A DNA stretch of 64,000 nt, taken from Bacteroidia bacterium (GTDB lineage Bacteria; Bacteroidota; Bacteroidia; 2-12-FULL-35-15). A model generated the notes under the pieces. The model was not told the DNA's origin. It searched no databases and saw nothing but the letters and a program-made list of their open reading frames with translations. Position numbers and translations under genes: made by a program. The stretch lies in assembly GCA_020051175.1 (NCBI GenBank), contig JAGVJJ010000011.1, positions 5,509 to 69,508 on the forward strand, in the 5' to 3' direction. Of the stretch, positions 29,385 to 41,580 are shown piece after piece. Position 1 is the first letter of the stretch, and every line of letters starts with the position of its first letter.

Positions 29385-30716
29385 TTACATTGATTCAACT
29401 AACTCCTGATAGTAATCTAAACCCAAATGCGTAATTAAGTCTTCTCCCATCATGTGTCTTAAAGTATTTTGCAACTTGATTAATTGTTTAAAAATATCAT
29501 GTTCAGGCTTTAAACCTTCAGCAGTTTGAGGTGATTTTAAATAAAATGAAAGCCATTCTTGAATGCCATCCATTTCGGCACGTTTAGCCAAATCCATAAA
29601 CAAAGCAAGATCTAAAACAATTGGTGCTGCTAAAATTGAATCTCTGCACAAAAAATTAATTTTAATTTGCATTGGATAACCCATCCAACCGAAAATATCA
29701 ATATTGTCCCAACTTTCTTTATTATCTCCTCTTGGCGGGTAATAATTTATTCTTACTTTATGATACATATCTCCATATAAAGTAGGATTGGATTCAGGTT
29801 GGAAAATTTCATCTAATACACTTAATTTTGAAACCTCTTTTGTTTTGAAATTTTCAGGATCGTCCAAAACTTTTCCGTCTCTATTACCCAATATATTTGT
29901 AGAAAACCATCCACTCACACCTAAAGCTCTTGCATGCAAACCCGGTGCAACTATCGTTTTCATTAATGTTTGTCCTGTTTTAAAATCTTTTCCGGCTATT
30001 GGTGTTTTAGTTTGCTTAGATAATTCTATTAAAGCAGGAATATCGACAGTTAAATTTGGTGCGCCATTAGCAAAAGGAATTCCTAATTTAAGGGCAGCGT
30101 ATGCATAAATCATACTTGGAGCAATTAGTTCATCATTATTTTTTAGTGCTTTTTCAAATTCTTCAATGCTATTATGAATATTCGTTGGCTCAATATATTT
30201 TTCGGTAGAAGCACACCAAACAATAACAAGTCTGTCGCAATTATTTATGGCCTTGAATTTTTCCATGTCTTTCATTAAAGCCAATGCCAAATCATACTTT
30301 GTAGTTTCTTTTTTGATGTTTGTACCAATGATGTTTTTTACATAGTTTGGATCAAACACTGCTGACATTGGTTTTATTTGTTCTAGTTCTGTTTTTAATT
30401 CTGCCAATTGATGTAATTCCAAAACACTTGCATTAACAGCGGCTTCATATACATTATCTTCATAGATATCCCAACCTCCAAAAACAATGTCGCTTAATTT
30501 AGTCAAAGGCACAAAGTCCTTAATTAAAGGATTGCGATTTTCGGTACGTTTACCTAATCTTATACTACTCATTTGTGTTAAGGAACCTATTGGTTGAGAT
30601 TTACCTTTTTTTATAGCTTCTACGCCTGCAATAAGAGTTGTAGCAACTGCTCCTAAACCTGGCATTAAAATTCCTAATTTCCCCTTTGCCTCTGTGGGCT
30701 TTTTAATTACATCCAT
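29385..30716 (-). CDS. ino1: myo-inositol-1-phosphate synthase
   Basis: GLGAVATT, FGGWD, NGAPN, GKDFKTGQT, STNILGNRDG, RDSILAAP. Confidence 0.95.
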   Translation of the reverse strand: MDVIKKPTEAKGKLGILMPGLGAVATTLIAGVEAIKKGKSQPIGSLTQMSSIRLGKRTENRNPLIKDFVPLTKLSDIVFGGWDIYEDNVYEAAVNASVLELHQLAELKTELEQIKPMSAVFDPNYVKNIIGTNIKKETTKYDLALALMKDMEKFKAINNCDRLVIVWCASTEKYIEPTNIHNSIEEFEKALKNNDELIAPSMIYAYAALKLGIPFANGAPNLTVDIPALIELSKQTKTPIAGKDFKTGQTLMKTIVAPGLHARALGVSGWFSTNILGNRDGKVLDDPENFKTKEVSKLSVLDEIFQPESNPTLYGDMYHKVRINYYPPRGDNKESWDNIDIFGWMGYPMQIKINFLCRDSILAAPIVLDLALFMDLAKRAEMDGIQEWLSFYLKSPQTAEGLKPEHDIFKQLIKLQNTLRHMMGEDLITHLGLDYYQELVESM

Positions 30717-30734
30717 TTTATTTATTTTTAATTA

Positions 30735-31730
30735 TTAAATCCACTTATTTTGTTTGTACCATTCAACTGTTTTTTTAACTCCACTTTCTAAATCATGCTT
30801 TGCTTGAAACTGAAAGTGATGTGTTGTTTTTGTCATTTCACAATTCCAACTTTCTGCCACTAATTCATTATATTTTTCCAAATTTAAAGGGCTTGTTTTA
30901 CCTGTAATTGCACTGATATACTGGGAAAAAAATGCAACAATTCTTACTATCGCTAATGGAAACTTAATATTTACTGGTTTTTTATTTAAAGCATTGCTAA
31001 TTGCTATTGAAAAAGCATGCTTATCATATATTTTTCCATCAGAAGCAAAATAGATTTCATTTTTTACTTCACTAATTGTTGCACGTAAAATTAATCGTAC
31101 CAAATCTCTAACATAAATAAAAGTCAATTCTTGCTTGTGATTTCCTAAAACAGGGTTAATGTTTTTATTGATAAATTTGAATACTGTGTATAAATCTTTT
31201 TCTCCAGGGCCATAAACTGCTGTAGGGCGAATAATAATATAAGCCAATCCCGAATTTTTTATTAGTTGTTCCGCTTGTAATTTACTTTGCCCGTATAAGG
31301 TGATCGGATTTTGATGTGAGACCTTAATTTGATCTTTTGCTTTTACGGGACCACTGGCTGCAAGACTGCTAATGAAAATGATTTTCTTAGGAATTATATT
31401 AAATTTCTTAAGAGCGTTAATTAAGTTTTCGGTTCCATAATAGTTTGTTGCGAAAAAATCTTTTTTTGAGTTCGATTTTGTTAATGCTGCCGTGTGAATT
31501 ACATAATCAATTGTCACATTGTTTTCGCTAAAATCAGAAAAAATTGAGAATAAGCTTTGTGCGTTATTTATATCGCCATAAACAATATTTGCGTTTTCTA
31601 AATATTTTGTATTACTACTTTTCCTTACCATTGCATAAATTTCAAATTGCTGTTGTAAAGCAATTTCAACCAAGTGAGTTCCAATAAATCCACTTGAGCC
31701 CGTAATTAATATTTTAGCTTTTTTACCCAT
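30735..31730 (-). CDS. NAD-dependent epimerase/dehydratase, probable ceramide reductase (CerR-like)
   Basis: GSSGFIG, ISSLAA, YGQSK, RPTAVYGP; function inferred from position after spt-bCerS. Confidence 0.75.
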   Translation of the reverse strand: MGKKAKILITGSSGFIGTHLVEIALQQQFEIYAMVRKSSNTKYLENANIVYGDINNAQSLFSIFSDFSENNVTIDYVIHTAALTKSNSKKDFFATNYYGTENLINALKKFNIIPKKIIFISSLAASGPVKAKDQIKVSHQNPITLYGQSKLQAEQLIKNSGLAYIIIRPTAVYGPGEKDLYTVFKFINKNINPVLGNHKQELTFIYVRDLVRLILRATISEVKNEIYFASDGKIYDKHAFSIAISNALNKKPVNIKFPLAIVRIVAFFSQYISAITGKTSPLNLEKYNELVAESWNCEMTKTTHHFQFQAKHDLESGVKKTVEWYKQNKWI

Positions 31731-32851
31731 TATAAATGCTTCATGTAAGATCTACGTTTCATGTGTTGTCTGGCCTCATAACCATTTGTAAACATCAGAA
31801 GAGAGTTTTTATTTTCTTCTAATACATGGCTTGATATAGCAGTTTTTACGCCATTATCAATAAAAGCCTGCATCATATGGGCGTAGAAAATAGCGGGTAC
31901 GCCTTTGCTCTTATATTCATCTTTCACTGCTTGTAAAAGCAAATCAGCAGTATCGTTTTTTCGCATGTCTTTTAAAATATGGATAAATCCCAAAGGGAAA
32001 AGTTTACCTTTTGCCTTCATTAAAGCTTTAGACAAGGATAAAAAACCCAAGCCAAAACCAACAACTTCGTTATTTTTATCGACAACAAAACTTACATACT
32101 TTGGATTAACCATAGAAAAGTAAAGATTTACGTAGTGTTTAATTTGTTTTTCAGTAAGAGGAACAAAGCCGTATAAATTTTTAAATGCCTCATTAAGAAC
32201 ATTGAACATTTGGTCAGCATAAGGCAATATCTCTTTTGCTTTTTTGAAATTTAAAATTTTTAAGTCGTATTTTTTTTGAACCAGTTCTGATATCCGCTTA
32301 ACTTTATCAGGGATTTCATTTGGAACTTTTATTTCATACTGAACCCAATCTACATCTTTTGAGTAACCATGTTTTTCTAAATGAACCGGATAATAAGGGT
32401 AGTTATAAATAACCGCTTGTGTTCCTATTTCATTAAAACCCTCAACTAACATACCTTCTAAATCCATATCACTAAAACCAAGAGGGCCTTGTGTTTTTGA
32501 CATACCTTTTGATTTCCCCCATTCTTCCACGATTTTTAATAAAGCTTCTGAGACAGCTGTGTCTTCAGTAAAATCAATCCAACCAAAACGCACTACTTTT
32601 TCGTTCCATTTTTCGTTCGCTCTGTGATTTATTATGCCTGCAATCCTTCCAACAATTTGCTTATTTTTATAAGCTAGCCAATATTTTGCTTCGCAAAAAT
32701 CAAATGCGGGGTTTACGCTAGAAGACAGTGCCGACTTTTCATAAGTATGAAGTTGCGGAACTCTATATTTATTTCCTTTATATAGTTTATCAGGAAAAGA
32801 AATAAATTTTTTCAAATCTTTACTGTTTTTTATTTCAACTATATGTACCAT
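31730..32851 (-). CDS. bacterial ceramide synthase-like GNAT protein (bCerS/YghO family)
   Basis: NPAFDFCEA, VGRIAGIIN, RFGWIDF, GPLGF..GMLVEGF, YNYPYY; adjacent to spt. Confidence 0.8.
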   Translation of the reverse strand: MVHIVEIKNSKDLKKFISFPDKLYKGNKYRVPQLHTYEKSALSSSVNPAFDFCEAKYWLAYKNKQIVGRIAGIINHRANEKWNEKVVRFGWIDFTEDTAVSEALLKIVEEWGKSKGMSKTQGPLGFSDMDLEGMLVEGFNEIGTQAVIYNYPYYPVHLEKHGYSKDVDWVQYEIKVPNEIPDKVKRISELVQKKYDLKILNFKKAKEILPYADQMFNVLNEAFKNLYGFVPLTEKQIKHYVNLYFSMVNPKYVSFVVDKNNEVVGFGLGFLSLSKALMKAKGKLFPLGFIHILKDMRKNDTADLLLQAVKDEYKSKGVPAIFYAHMMQAFIDNGVKTAISSHVLEENKNSLLMFTNGYEARQHMKRRSYMKHL

Positions 32852-32854
32852 AGA

Positions 32855-34066
<1,212 letters not shown>

Positions 34067-34119
34067 TTAAATCCTTTTATTCCTTGTTTTTTCATAATTA
34101 CTTAGAAGTATAATTACAT

Positions 34120-34458
34120 TTATCTGCTAGTATTCTTAGAAACCATGCTCATTGTTATTAAGTATTTTAAGAGGGTTTCCTGCGCTTTGCTATCTATGAC
34201 TTCTTTACCCTTTCTTTTGTTTAGTTTTTTGACCATGTGTGGAACTATTTCTTTCCATTGCTCCTCGTTTCGTGATGCAGGATCCTTGAGTATTCTCCAA
34301 TTCTGTTCGTAAATAGATTTACCTGCCATGAGTTCATTCCAAGTATAACCAGGGTACTTGGCTGAAACTCTGTTTACATCCGTTTGTGTTGGCAATAACA
34401 GTTTAGCACTGCAAGCAGTTAAAGCAATAAAAAGCAATAATGGAAGTGTTTTTTTCAT
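34120..34458 (-). CDS. lipoprotein resembling small cytochrome c but lacking CxxCH
   Basis: lipobox LTAC; GKSIYEQN-WRI-LKDP...EEQWKEIVPHM. Confidence 0.65.
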   Translation of the reverse strand: MKKTLPLLLFIALTACSAKLLLPTQTDVNRVSAKYPGYTWNELMAGKSIYEQNWRILKDPASRNEEQWKEIVPHMVKKLNKRKGKEVIDSKAQETLLKYLITMSMVSKNTSR

Positions 34459-34586
34459 ATCATCTAACTTTTAAGGCCTTTTATCGGGACGTATTTTTTT
34501 GATAGGGTAAATTTTTCATATTTCGTTCATTCTGTTGTTAGCATTTCATGGTCTCTTATTAAATCTCCTAAGTAAATCCAATAAAA

Positions 34587-34654
34587 AGGTCCCGTACGGA
34601 TTTGAACCGTATCTGCCTCCTATAAAGAGGCGCACTGCCTTTCAGACCGGGACC
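34587..34654 (-). ncRNA. tRNA-like element with UAU loop and reduced D arm
   Basis: perfect 7-bp acceptor GGTCCCG/CGGGACC, T arm TACGG-TTCAAAT-CCGTA, anticodon arm GCCTC-TTTATAG-GAGGC, 3-bp D stem. Confidence 0.6.
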
Positions 34655-34714
34655 AATATTTTGAAAATCATTTTTCATTTATTTTTTTGTCAATGAGATA
34701 ACTGCTTCAGTATA

Positions 34715-34770
34715 TATTGTAAACTATATAATTAGTTACTATGATATAGTGTCATAGGAAACTATTTAGA
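34715..34770. promoter_or_regulatory. candidate regulator operator sites
   Basis: repeated AAACTAT/TAGTTAC half-sites and CTATGATATAGTGTCATAG palindrome between marR and the tRNA-like element. Confidence 0.4.
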
Positions 34771-34779
34771 TAAATTTTT

Positions 34780-35289
34780 TTAGTTTTTACATTTTGTTTT
34801 AATATGATCTAATACCCGTATACAAATTTCCAAGTCTTTCTTACTTATTCCTTTAGTAATGAACTCTTCTTCTTCCATATATAATTTATGAACACCTTCT
34901 ATAATTTTAAAGCCCGCAGGGGTTAATTCAATTACATTTTTACGCCTGTCTTCCGGAGCCGGAATTCTTTTTAAATATTTTTTCTGTTCAAGAATATCAA
35001 TTGTTTTAAGAATGGCTGATTTTGTTTTATCCAAAGCAATTGCAATATCTTGTTGAATGATTTCTTGCCTTTCATTTCGAGATAAAAAATGTAGAATTGC
35101 CAATTGGTCAAAAGAAAGATCGCTTGTGAATGCAGTAAATCTGCTATTAATTTTTTTAATTAATAATTTACCGGAATAAACAATTTTATAACCTAAAGCA
35201 TCTTGCATTTCTTTACATTCCATTTGAAATAGTTTACTGGTTAACTGTTCAAAGGTAGAAATAAAATCAATATTTTGAGAAAAATCCAA
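34780..35289 (-). CDS. MarR-family regulator (start may be ATG 35223)
   Basis: QQDIAIALDKTKSAILKTIDILEQK, DRRKN..LTPAG. Confidence 0.9.
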   Translation of the reverse strand: MDFSQNIDFISTFEQLTSKLFQMECKEMQDALGYKIVYSGKLLIKKINSRFTAFTSDLSFDQLAILHFLSRNERQEIIQQDIAIALDKTKSAILKTIDILEQKKYLKRIPAPEDRRKNVIELTPAGFKIIEGVHKLYMEEEEFITKGISKKDLEICIRVLDHIKTKCKN

Positions 35290-35341
35290 AAAAAATCTAA
35301 ATTAATGTTCACTCTATTTGCATATTATAAAATATGACAGA

Positions 35342-35977
35342 TCATTTTCCTACTTTCTTTTTCATATTAAGCAAAGTACTGTATGGGCCATCAACAATAA
35401 ACATGTTTATTATCGAGCTGGGAATACTTCCTGCCGGATCTCCATAAAACTGGTAAATGATTTCTATTTTATTCCCTTGTGGCGTTAATTGCCACATACC
35501 TTTCGCGTTTTTAATCCGTAGAAAATCATCGTTGCCTGTAATATAATCGGGTTTGCTTACAAGGTTGTATCTAACTGTACCATCAACTTCTACGATTTTT
35601 CCGGAAAATATTACAATATCCCTGTCGGTCATTGGCCAAGGCAAATCGGTAGTGTAGTATATGTACTGCTCCGTTTTATTTACCTGTTTTAGAATTTTGG
35701 CTGTAGCAATATTTGTTTGCCAATTAGGATAATCACTTACATTTTCAATGAGACTTTCCAACGACTTCATATTAGCAGTAACGGTTGTAACTGCCTTGAA
35801 CTCTTTTATGCTTGAACCTTCAGACTGACGAGTGTACACTTTAATATCATTCCCGGCTTTTTCTAATTTCCATTCTGTTGGGTTGAGTAAATGGCTTTCA
35901 TTAATGCCAGGTTTGAACGCCATACAAATTATAAAGACATTAATTATGACTATAAGTGTTAAGTTTTTTTTGATCAT
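35342..35977 (-). CDS. START-domain lipid-binding protein with N-terminal signal/TM
   Basis: WKLEK..DIKVYTR, PWPMTDRD, DPAGSIPS. Confidence 0.88.
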   Translation of the reverse strand: MIKKNLTLIVIINVFIICMAFKPGINESHLLNPTEWKLEKAGNDIKVYTRQSEGSSIKEFKAVTTVTANMKSLESLIENVSDYPNWQTNIATAKILKQVNKTEQYIYYTTDLPWPMTDRDIVIFSGKIVEVDGTVRYNLVSKPDYITGNDDFLRIKNAKGMWQLTPQGNKIEIIYQFYGDPAGSIPSSIINMFIVDGPYSTLLNMKKKVGK

Positions 35978-35999
35978 GTTTTTTAGTTTTAATTTGTAA

Positions 36000-37346
36000 T
36001 TACCTACCGGTATATTTTAGATACGTTGATATTGCGGTGCGATATTGGGTTTTAGTATCAATCAGCTTTTCATTGGTTTCTGTAAGTAATGCCTGTGCTT
36101 CTAGTAAATCGGAAAGAGTTATAACGCCACTATTATAACTTGTTTGCATTACTTTCAGGTTTTCTTCAGCTTGCTTTACAGTTTCTTCTAATAATATAAT
36201 CTGGTTGTAATTTTCGTTTAAATCCAACCACGCTTTTTCAATTTGTAGTTTTAATAATCCTTTGGTATCGGTTAGCGTGTTTTCAGCTATTTGTTCTTTT
36301 ATTTTTTGCTCTTTTATCGCATGTGAACCGCCCCACCAATCAGTTATTGGAATCGAAACAGTGGCGTACACTAACCCATTCATAGTGCCATCCACATCTT
36401 TAATTAAATTATTGTTATAATATCCCATTGCTCCAACTGCCACTTGTGGTAAATAATCTCCAGTTTTCATTTTAGTTTGTAATTCTTGCGCTTTTATCGA
36501 TTGCTCTAATAATTGATATTCTGTTCTTTTTTGCAGGGCTGTTTCATTTTCAATATAATATAATTGAGGTAATTCTATTTTTTGTAAATCCTCTTGCAAT
36601 ACTAATGTTGAATCGTATGGAATACCAATAGTTTGACAAAACTGCATAATTGCCAATTTTTTTCCGCTGTGTAATTTGCTCTTATTTGAATTCAATTCAT
36701 TTTTTTTGATTTGAACTTTAAGCAAATCATTCTTAATTATCAGTCCCGATTTGAATGCATCATTCACTTGTTTATTTATGCCTTCTAAGAAGGTTTCGTA
36801 TTTTTCAATAGTTTTTTCTTTTTCCTGTAATGATAGAATTTGCCAATACTGCTGTTCTGTTTTTAACAAAACATCATTTTGAGTTAGTTTTTGCTGTTGT
36901 TCTTTCACAGCTATTCCAACCTTGGCTAATTTATTTCCGGTAATTATTCGGCCACCCGAAAAAATCGGTTGAGTTACATTAACCAAGCCAAGAGCAGTTT
37001 TGTCTAACATCTGAATACTTGATCCTGGCAAGTAAGCAAATTGTGTAGCTATTGGAATATTTGCAGGATTACCATCATAAACAGGCAAGTTCCCGCCTTG
37101 CGTATTAAATTTAAGCAAGGGATCTTTAGCTTTCATAGCAAAAGCCATAACACTTATTTTTGGAAAATAATTAGTAAATGCTCCTTTCTTAACTTGCTTT
37201 GAGGCTTCGGTTTCAAGAAGACTGTTTTTAATGCTGATGTTGTTTTTTATTGCAAGTTCTTTATATTCTTTTAAAGTAAGTACAGTCTGACCGTAAACTA
37301 TTACTGAACAAGAAACACTTATAATTATTATAATTAATTTTTTCAT
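36000..37346 (-). CDS. TolC-family outer-membrane efflux protein
   Basis: signal peptide, YFPKIS, TQPIFSGG, YLPQV, DLLEAQ. Confidence 0.92.
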   Translation of the reverse strand: MKKLIIIIISVSCSVIVYGQTVLTLKEYKELAIKNNISIKNSLLETEASKQVKKGAFTNYFPKISVMAFAMKAKDPLLKFNTQGGNLPVYDGNPANIPIATQFAYLPGSSIQMLDKTALGLVNVTQPIFSGGRIITGNKLAKVGIAVKEQQQKLTQNDVLLKTEQQYWQILSLQEKEKTIEKYETFLEGINKQVNDAFKSGLIIKNDLLKVQIKKNELNSNKSKLHSGKKLAIMQFCQTIGIPYDSTLVLQEDLQKIELPQLYYIENETALQKRTEYQLLEQSIKAQELQTKMKTGDYLPQVAVGAMGYYNNNLIKDVDGTMNGLVYATVSIPITDWWGGSHAIKEQKIKEQIAENTLTDTKGLLKLQIEKAWLDLNENYNQIILLEETVKQAEENLKVMQTSYNSGVITLSDLLEAQALLTETNEKLIDTKTQYRTAISTYLKYTGR

Positions 37347-37356
37347 TTTCTATTTT

Positions 37357-40300
37357 TTAATTAAGAGATTTATTCTTTTGTCTTGCAGAGAGGTGGTACA
37401 TTGTAGGTAAAACATATAATGAAAGCAACATAGAAAACAGTAATCCAAAAAAGATTACAGTTGCTAAAGGCCCCCACAAAGATGATCCACTCAGCATCAT
37501 TGGAACTACACCAACTGCTCCGGCAGCAGAAGTAAGAAATATTGGCCGCATTCTTCTTTTAGCTGAGGCTATTGCAGCCTCCCTCACATTCATTTGATGA
37601 GTTCTACGCAATTCTTCGGCATATTCAATAAGAATAATTCCATTACGTACTACTATTCCCATCAAGGTCATAAAACCTAAAAAAACGGTAAGACCAAAAG
37701 GATAGCCTGTTATTACCAAACCAATCGCTGCACCGAAAATACTAAGCGGAATGGTAAGCATGATTAGGAATACCAACCTAAAGCTCTTGAATTGAAACAA
37801 TACAATAAAGAAGATTAACACCAAACTTGTTGCCAATGCTTTTGACAAGGGAACATAATTCTCGTATTCATTTTCCAATTCCCCTCCATAGGAAATATTA
37901 ATTTCAGGGCTATTTGTAAGACCTTCGATTTTCGGCCTTATATCATCCAATACCTTATATGCTAAAGAATTTCTATTTAGGTCAGCTTTTATTGTAATGG
38001 TTCTTTTTCCATTTCTTCTGATGATCTGTCCCTCGCTCCAATCGTTAGTAAGTGTAGCTATTTGTCTTAAAGGAACAGTGGTTCCTAGTAAAGGAGAAGT
38101 AATGGTTTGGTTCTCTATATCATCAAAAGAATTACGTCTTTCTTTTTCGTTTATCAGCTTAACACTTACCGGATAATCACCTTCCCAAACTGTGCCTATT
38201 GGCAATCCTGCGAACCCTGTTGCTAAGGATGAAGCTACCATTCCTTTGGTAAAACCAAGACGATTTGCTACTTCATCGTTCACTGTTACTTTCACTCCTT
38301 GACGAGGCGTTAAATAATCTGATCTTGCCCAAATCACATCTTTCTTTTATTTCATTACTGCTTTTACTTTTTCAGCAATAATTTTTAATGAGTCCATATT
38401 GTTTCCTGAAACCCTTACCTCTATTGGAGCAGCAGTAGGCATCATATCTAACTGCTTAATTCGAACATAGGCATTCGGAAAATAATCACGTTTCTCATTT
38501 TCATAATCCTCCATTAACTTTACTGCACTTTCTTCAGTGGTAGTGTTTACAACTAGTTGAGCGTAATTTTTTGACGGGAAATTTGGAGCATAAGTAGTAT
38601 GGAAACGAGGAGAACTTGTTCCTATGAATGATGTTACATTCACAACACGTTTGTCTTTTAACAACATATTTGTGAGGCTATCTGTTACTATGGCCGTTTG
38701 CTCCAGTGCAACGCCTTCGGGTAAATAAATTTCCACCGCAAACTGATTTCTTTCTACTTTTGGAAATAACTGGCGTGGCATCAATGCTATAAGCAATACC
38801 CCAATAAAAAAAGATGCAAAACCAATGGTGACTGTAATTTTTGGAATACGAAAAGCACTCTCAAGTGTGTTGTCAAAAGCCTTTTGTAATACATTAAAAA
38901 TTGAATTATTTTTTTTCTTTACTTCATCATCCCTTTTTATTCCTTTTTTAATGAACTTGAAACTAATAAATGGAACTACAAAATAAGCTACAGCTAAGGA
39001 AATTGTAAGCGCAACACCAATGGTTATGGGCAAAGAGTAAACAAAATCTCCTATCATTCCGAAAAGAAAAAATAATGTAGGAACGAATGTAACAATGATG
39101 GCTAATGTTGCCGTTAAAACAGGGACAAACAATTCTGTAGCACTTTTCCAAGCAGCATTCCACGGAGTTTCTCTGTGATCCAATTTTTCAAGATGGTTAT
39201 CAATTACAACTATTGCATCATCCACTACCATGCCTAAAACAACTACAAGTCCTGCAAGAGAAACAGTATTCAAATCAACCCCTAATACGTATAAAATGCC
39301 AACAGATATAAAGACAATTATAGGAATAGTAGCACCTGCAACACAGGCAACTCTAAATGGCAGCATTAGCATAACAACAAGAATTACTCCGCCAATGGCA
39401 ATCAAAAATTCTTTAAGAAAATGTTGTATCGCACTATCTACAACAGCGGCCATGTCAGCTGTTTTAGCCACAATAACATCTTCCGGCAGTTTATTGTTTA
39501 TTTGAAGTAGTAATTCATCTACTTCTTTTCCAAACTGAACAATATTTGTTCCCGGTTGCATTTCTAACGAAATTAAAAGACTGTTTTTGCCATTGTTTTT
39601 GATATAAGATTCAGGGGAAACAAATTCTCGCTTTATTGTTGCGACATCTTTCAGTCTAATTATATTACCTAATGGATTAGTATATATTATTTGCTGAGAA
39701 ATTTCCTTTTCAGAACGATAATTAGTTGGAACATGTATAGGCATAATTAATTGAGCATTATCTACATCACCTCCATAATTAACTGTTCCTTCCATTTGAA
39801 GTGCTGCCAATATAGTTGCCGGACGTACACCGTATGTGGCGAGTTTATCCGGATTCATGTAAATACTTATTTGTTCCTGCTGTAAACCGTAATGTTTTAT
39901 TTTTGAAACACTTTTAATTTTTCTAAGTTCCTTTTCTATTGTGGTAACATAATGCTCTAACTCTCTCAAGCTTCTTTGTTCTGATTGAACATTAAGCAAG
40001 ATAGCCGAAGTATTACCAAAATTATTATCTGCATCTAATACAAGTACCTGCGGTGGTAATTGCTTTTTTAAATTAGCCAGCCCAAATTTCAGCTTATCCC
40101 AAAAAGCATCGGGGTCTTTTACGTTTGTATTAACCTCTACCATTATTACCATCAAGCCTTCTTTGGAAATGGAATATGTTTTATCACGATTCACCTCTTG
40201 AAAGCCAAAAAGATAATTTTCAACTTTTTCTGTTAACTGATCTTCTATTTGATTAGAGGTTGCTCCGGGATAAACACCAATAATTAATCCCTGCCTAATG

Positions 40301-40443
40301 ACAAACTCAGGAAACTCATTGCGGGGCATTACCCATAAAGCAAAAACACCAAATAGAGCTGTTATAACCACAAGTAATAACACAATTTGTTTGTGCTTCA
40401 TTACCTTTTCAATAATATTTAAATTCCTTTTTTCCATTTTCAA
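37357..40443 (-). pseudogene. RND efflux permease interrupted by an in-frame TAA (38347-38349)
   Basis: ORFs 38347-40443 and 37357-38337 share one frame: AVMK*KKDVIWARSD; GMVVDDAIVV and RMRPIFLT motifs. Confidence 0.85.
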
Positions 40444-40449
40444 TTTTGA

Positions 40450-41484
40450 TTATTGGATGATGTTTACCGACACTTGTGGTTTTAGTTTCTCTTGTCCGGA
40501 AACAATAATCAAATCACCTTCCTTAATTTCGCCTTCCACAAGTACTTTATTTTCCATTAGCGAAATTGTTTTCACTAATTTTTTATTTGCTTTATTTTTA
40601 TCATCAACTACATATACAAACTGATTTCCGTTTATGTCCTTTTGCAAGGCTTTGCCCGAAATCAAGAAACCTGTTTTATTGGATTCCGAATCAATGGTTA
40701 CAGAACAAACCATTCCCGGCTTGATCAATAGGTCTGTATTATTTATTTCAATTTTTACAGGATAAGAATGGGAAAGCAAATCTGCTGTTACACTAATTTC
40801 TTTAACCTCTCCAATAATTTTTTTTGATATTGCAGGAATGGTAACTGAAGCTTTTGTATTTTGTTTAAGACTGCTGATTTCATCTTCGGGCACAGGTATT
40901 TTAACATACACGGTGTTGATCTCCAATAAATCTAAAACTGTTATTCCTGGCCCGGTATTCATGCCCTGTGTGAAATATATTTTGCCAATCGTTCCATTTG
41001 ATGTAGCATAAAGATTATTTTCTTCTACATTTTTTTTTGCAATTTCCGTATTCGCTTTTGCCTGATTTAACCCTGTTTCTGCTTCTACCATTTTAATTGG
41101 TGGTAAGGAACCGTTTTCATTCATAGGTTTTAATCTATTATAAGCATCCTGAGCTTTTTGTTCTTGCAATAAAGCTATTTTGTAAGCATTACTCGTACTG
41201 GCCGCATCTAAACGTGCTATTAAGTCGCCCTTCCTGACTTGCTGACCTTCTTTTATAAGTATTTCAGTTATAGTTCCGGCAGAGAAAAAACTGAGATGCG
41301 TATTGTTTTTTTCTTCGACAACCCCGGAATAAGAAGTTGTTATTAACCCATTATAAGCTGTAACAATTTCTGTTGTTACTTTAATGGCCGTTTCTGCTTG
41401 AACTGACTCTTTGTGTTCTCCGCATCCGGCAGTTAATAATAGGAAAGGGATAAAATAACTGATTGTTGTAGTTTTGAGTTTCAT
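40450..41484 (-). CDS. RND membrane fusion protein (lipoprotein)
   Basis: lipobox TAGC, EGQQVRKGDLIARLD, LIKPGM. Confidence 0.92.
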   Translation of the reverse strand: MKLKTTTISYFIPFLLLTAGCGEHKESVQAETAIKVTTEIVTAYNGLITTSYSGVVEEKNNTHLSFFSAGTITEILIKEGQQVRKGDLIARLDAASTSNAYKIALLQEQKAQDAYNRLKPMNENGSLPPIKMVEAETGLNQAKANTEIAKKNVEENNLYATSNGTIGKIYFTQGMNTGPGITVLDLLEINTVYVKIPVPEDEISSLKQNTKASVTIPAISKKIIGEVKEISVTADLLSHSYPVKIEINNTDLLIKPGMVCSVTIDSESNKTGFLISGKALQKDINGNQFVYVVDDKNKANKKLVKTISLMENKVLVEGEIKEGDLIIVSGQEKLKPQVSVNIIQ

Positions 41485-41500
41485 ATTGTTTATATTCTAT

Positions 41501-41525
41501 TGGACTATATTCGTATTGTGGTCTA
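41501..41525. promoter_or_regulatory. candidate TetR operator, copy 1
   Basis: TGGACT-ATATTCGTATTGT-GGTCTA; same design at 42840 and 42905. Confidence 0.55.
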
Positions 41526-41580
41526 AATTTACTTTAAAAAAAATGATTATTTCTAATCATTTCGTTACTGCGTTAAAATC

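Noticed and set aside
34587-38349. Ochre suppression (TTA inside the tRNA-like loop plus in-frame TAA codons)
   Set aside because: The canonical register of the 7-nt loop gives UAU, not UUA, and most genes in the island end in TAA
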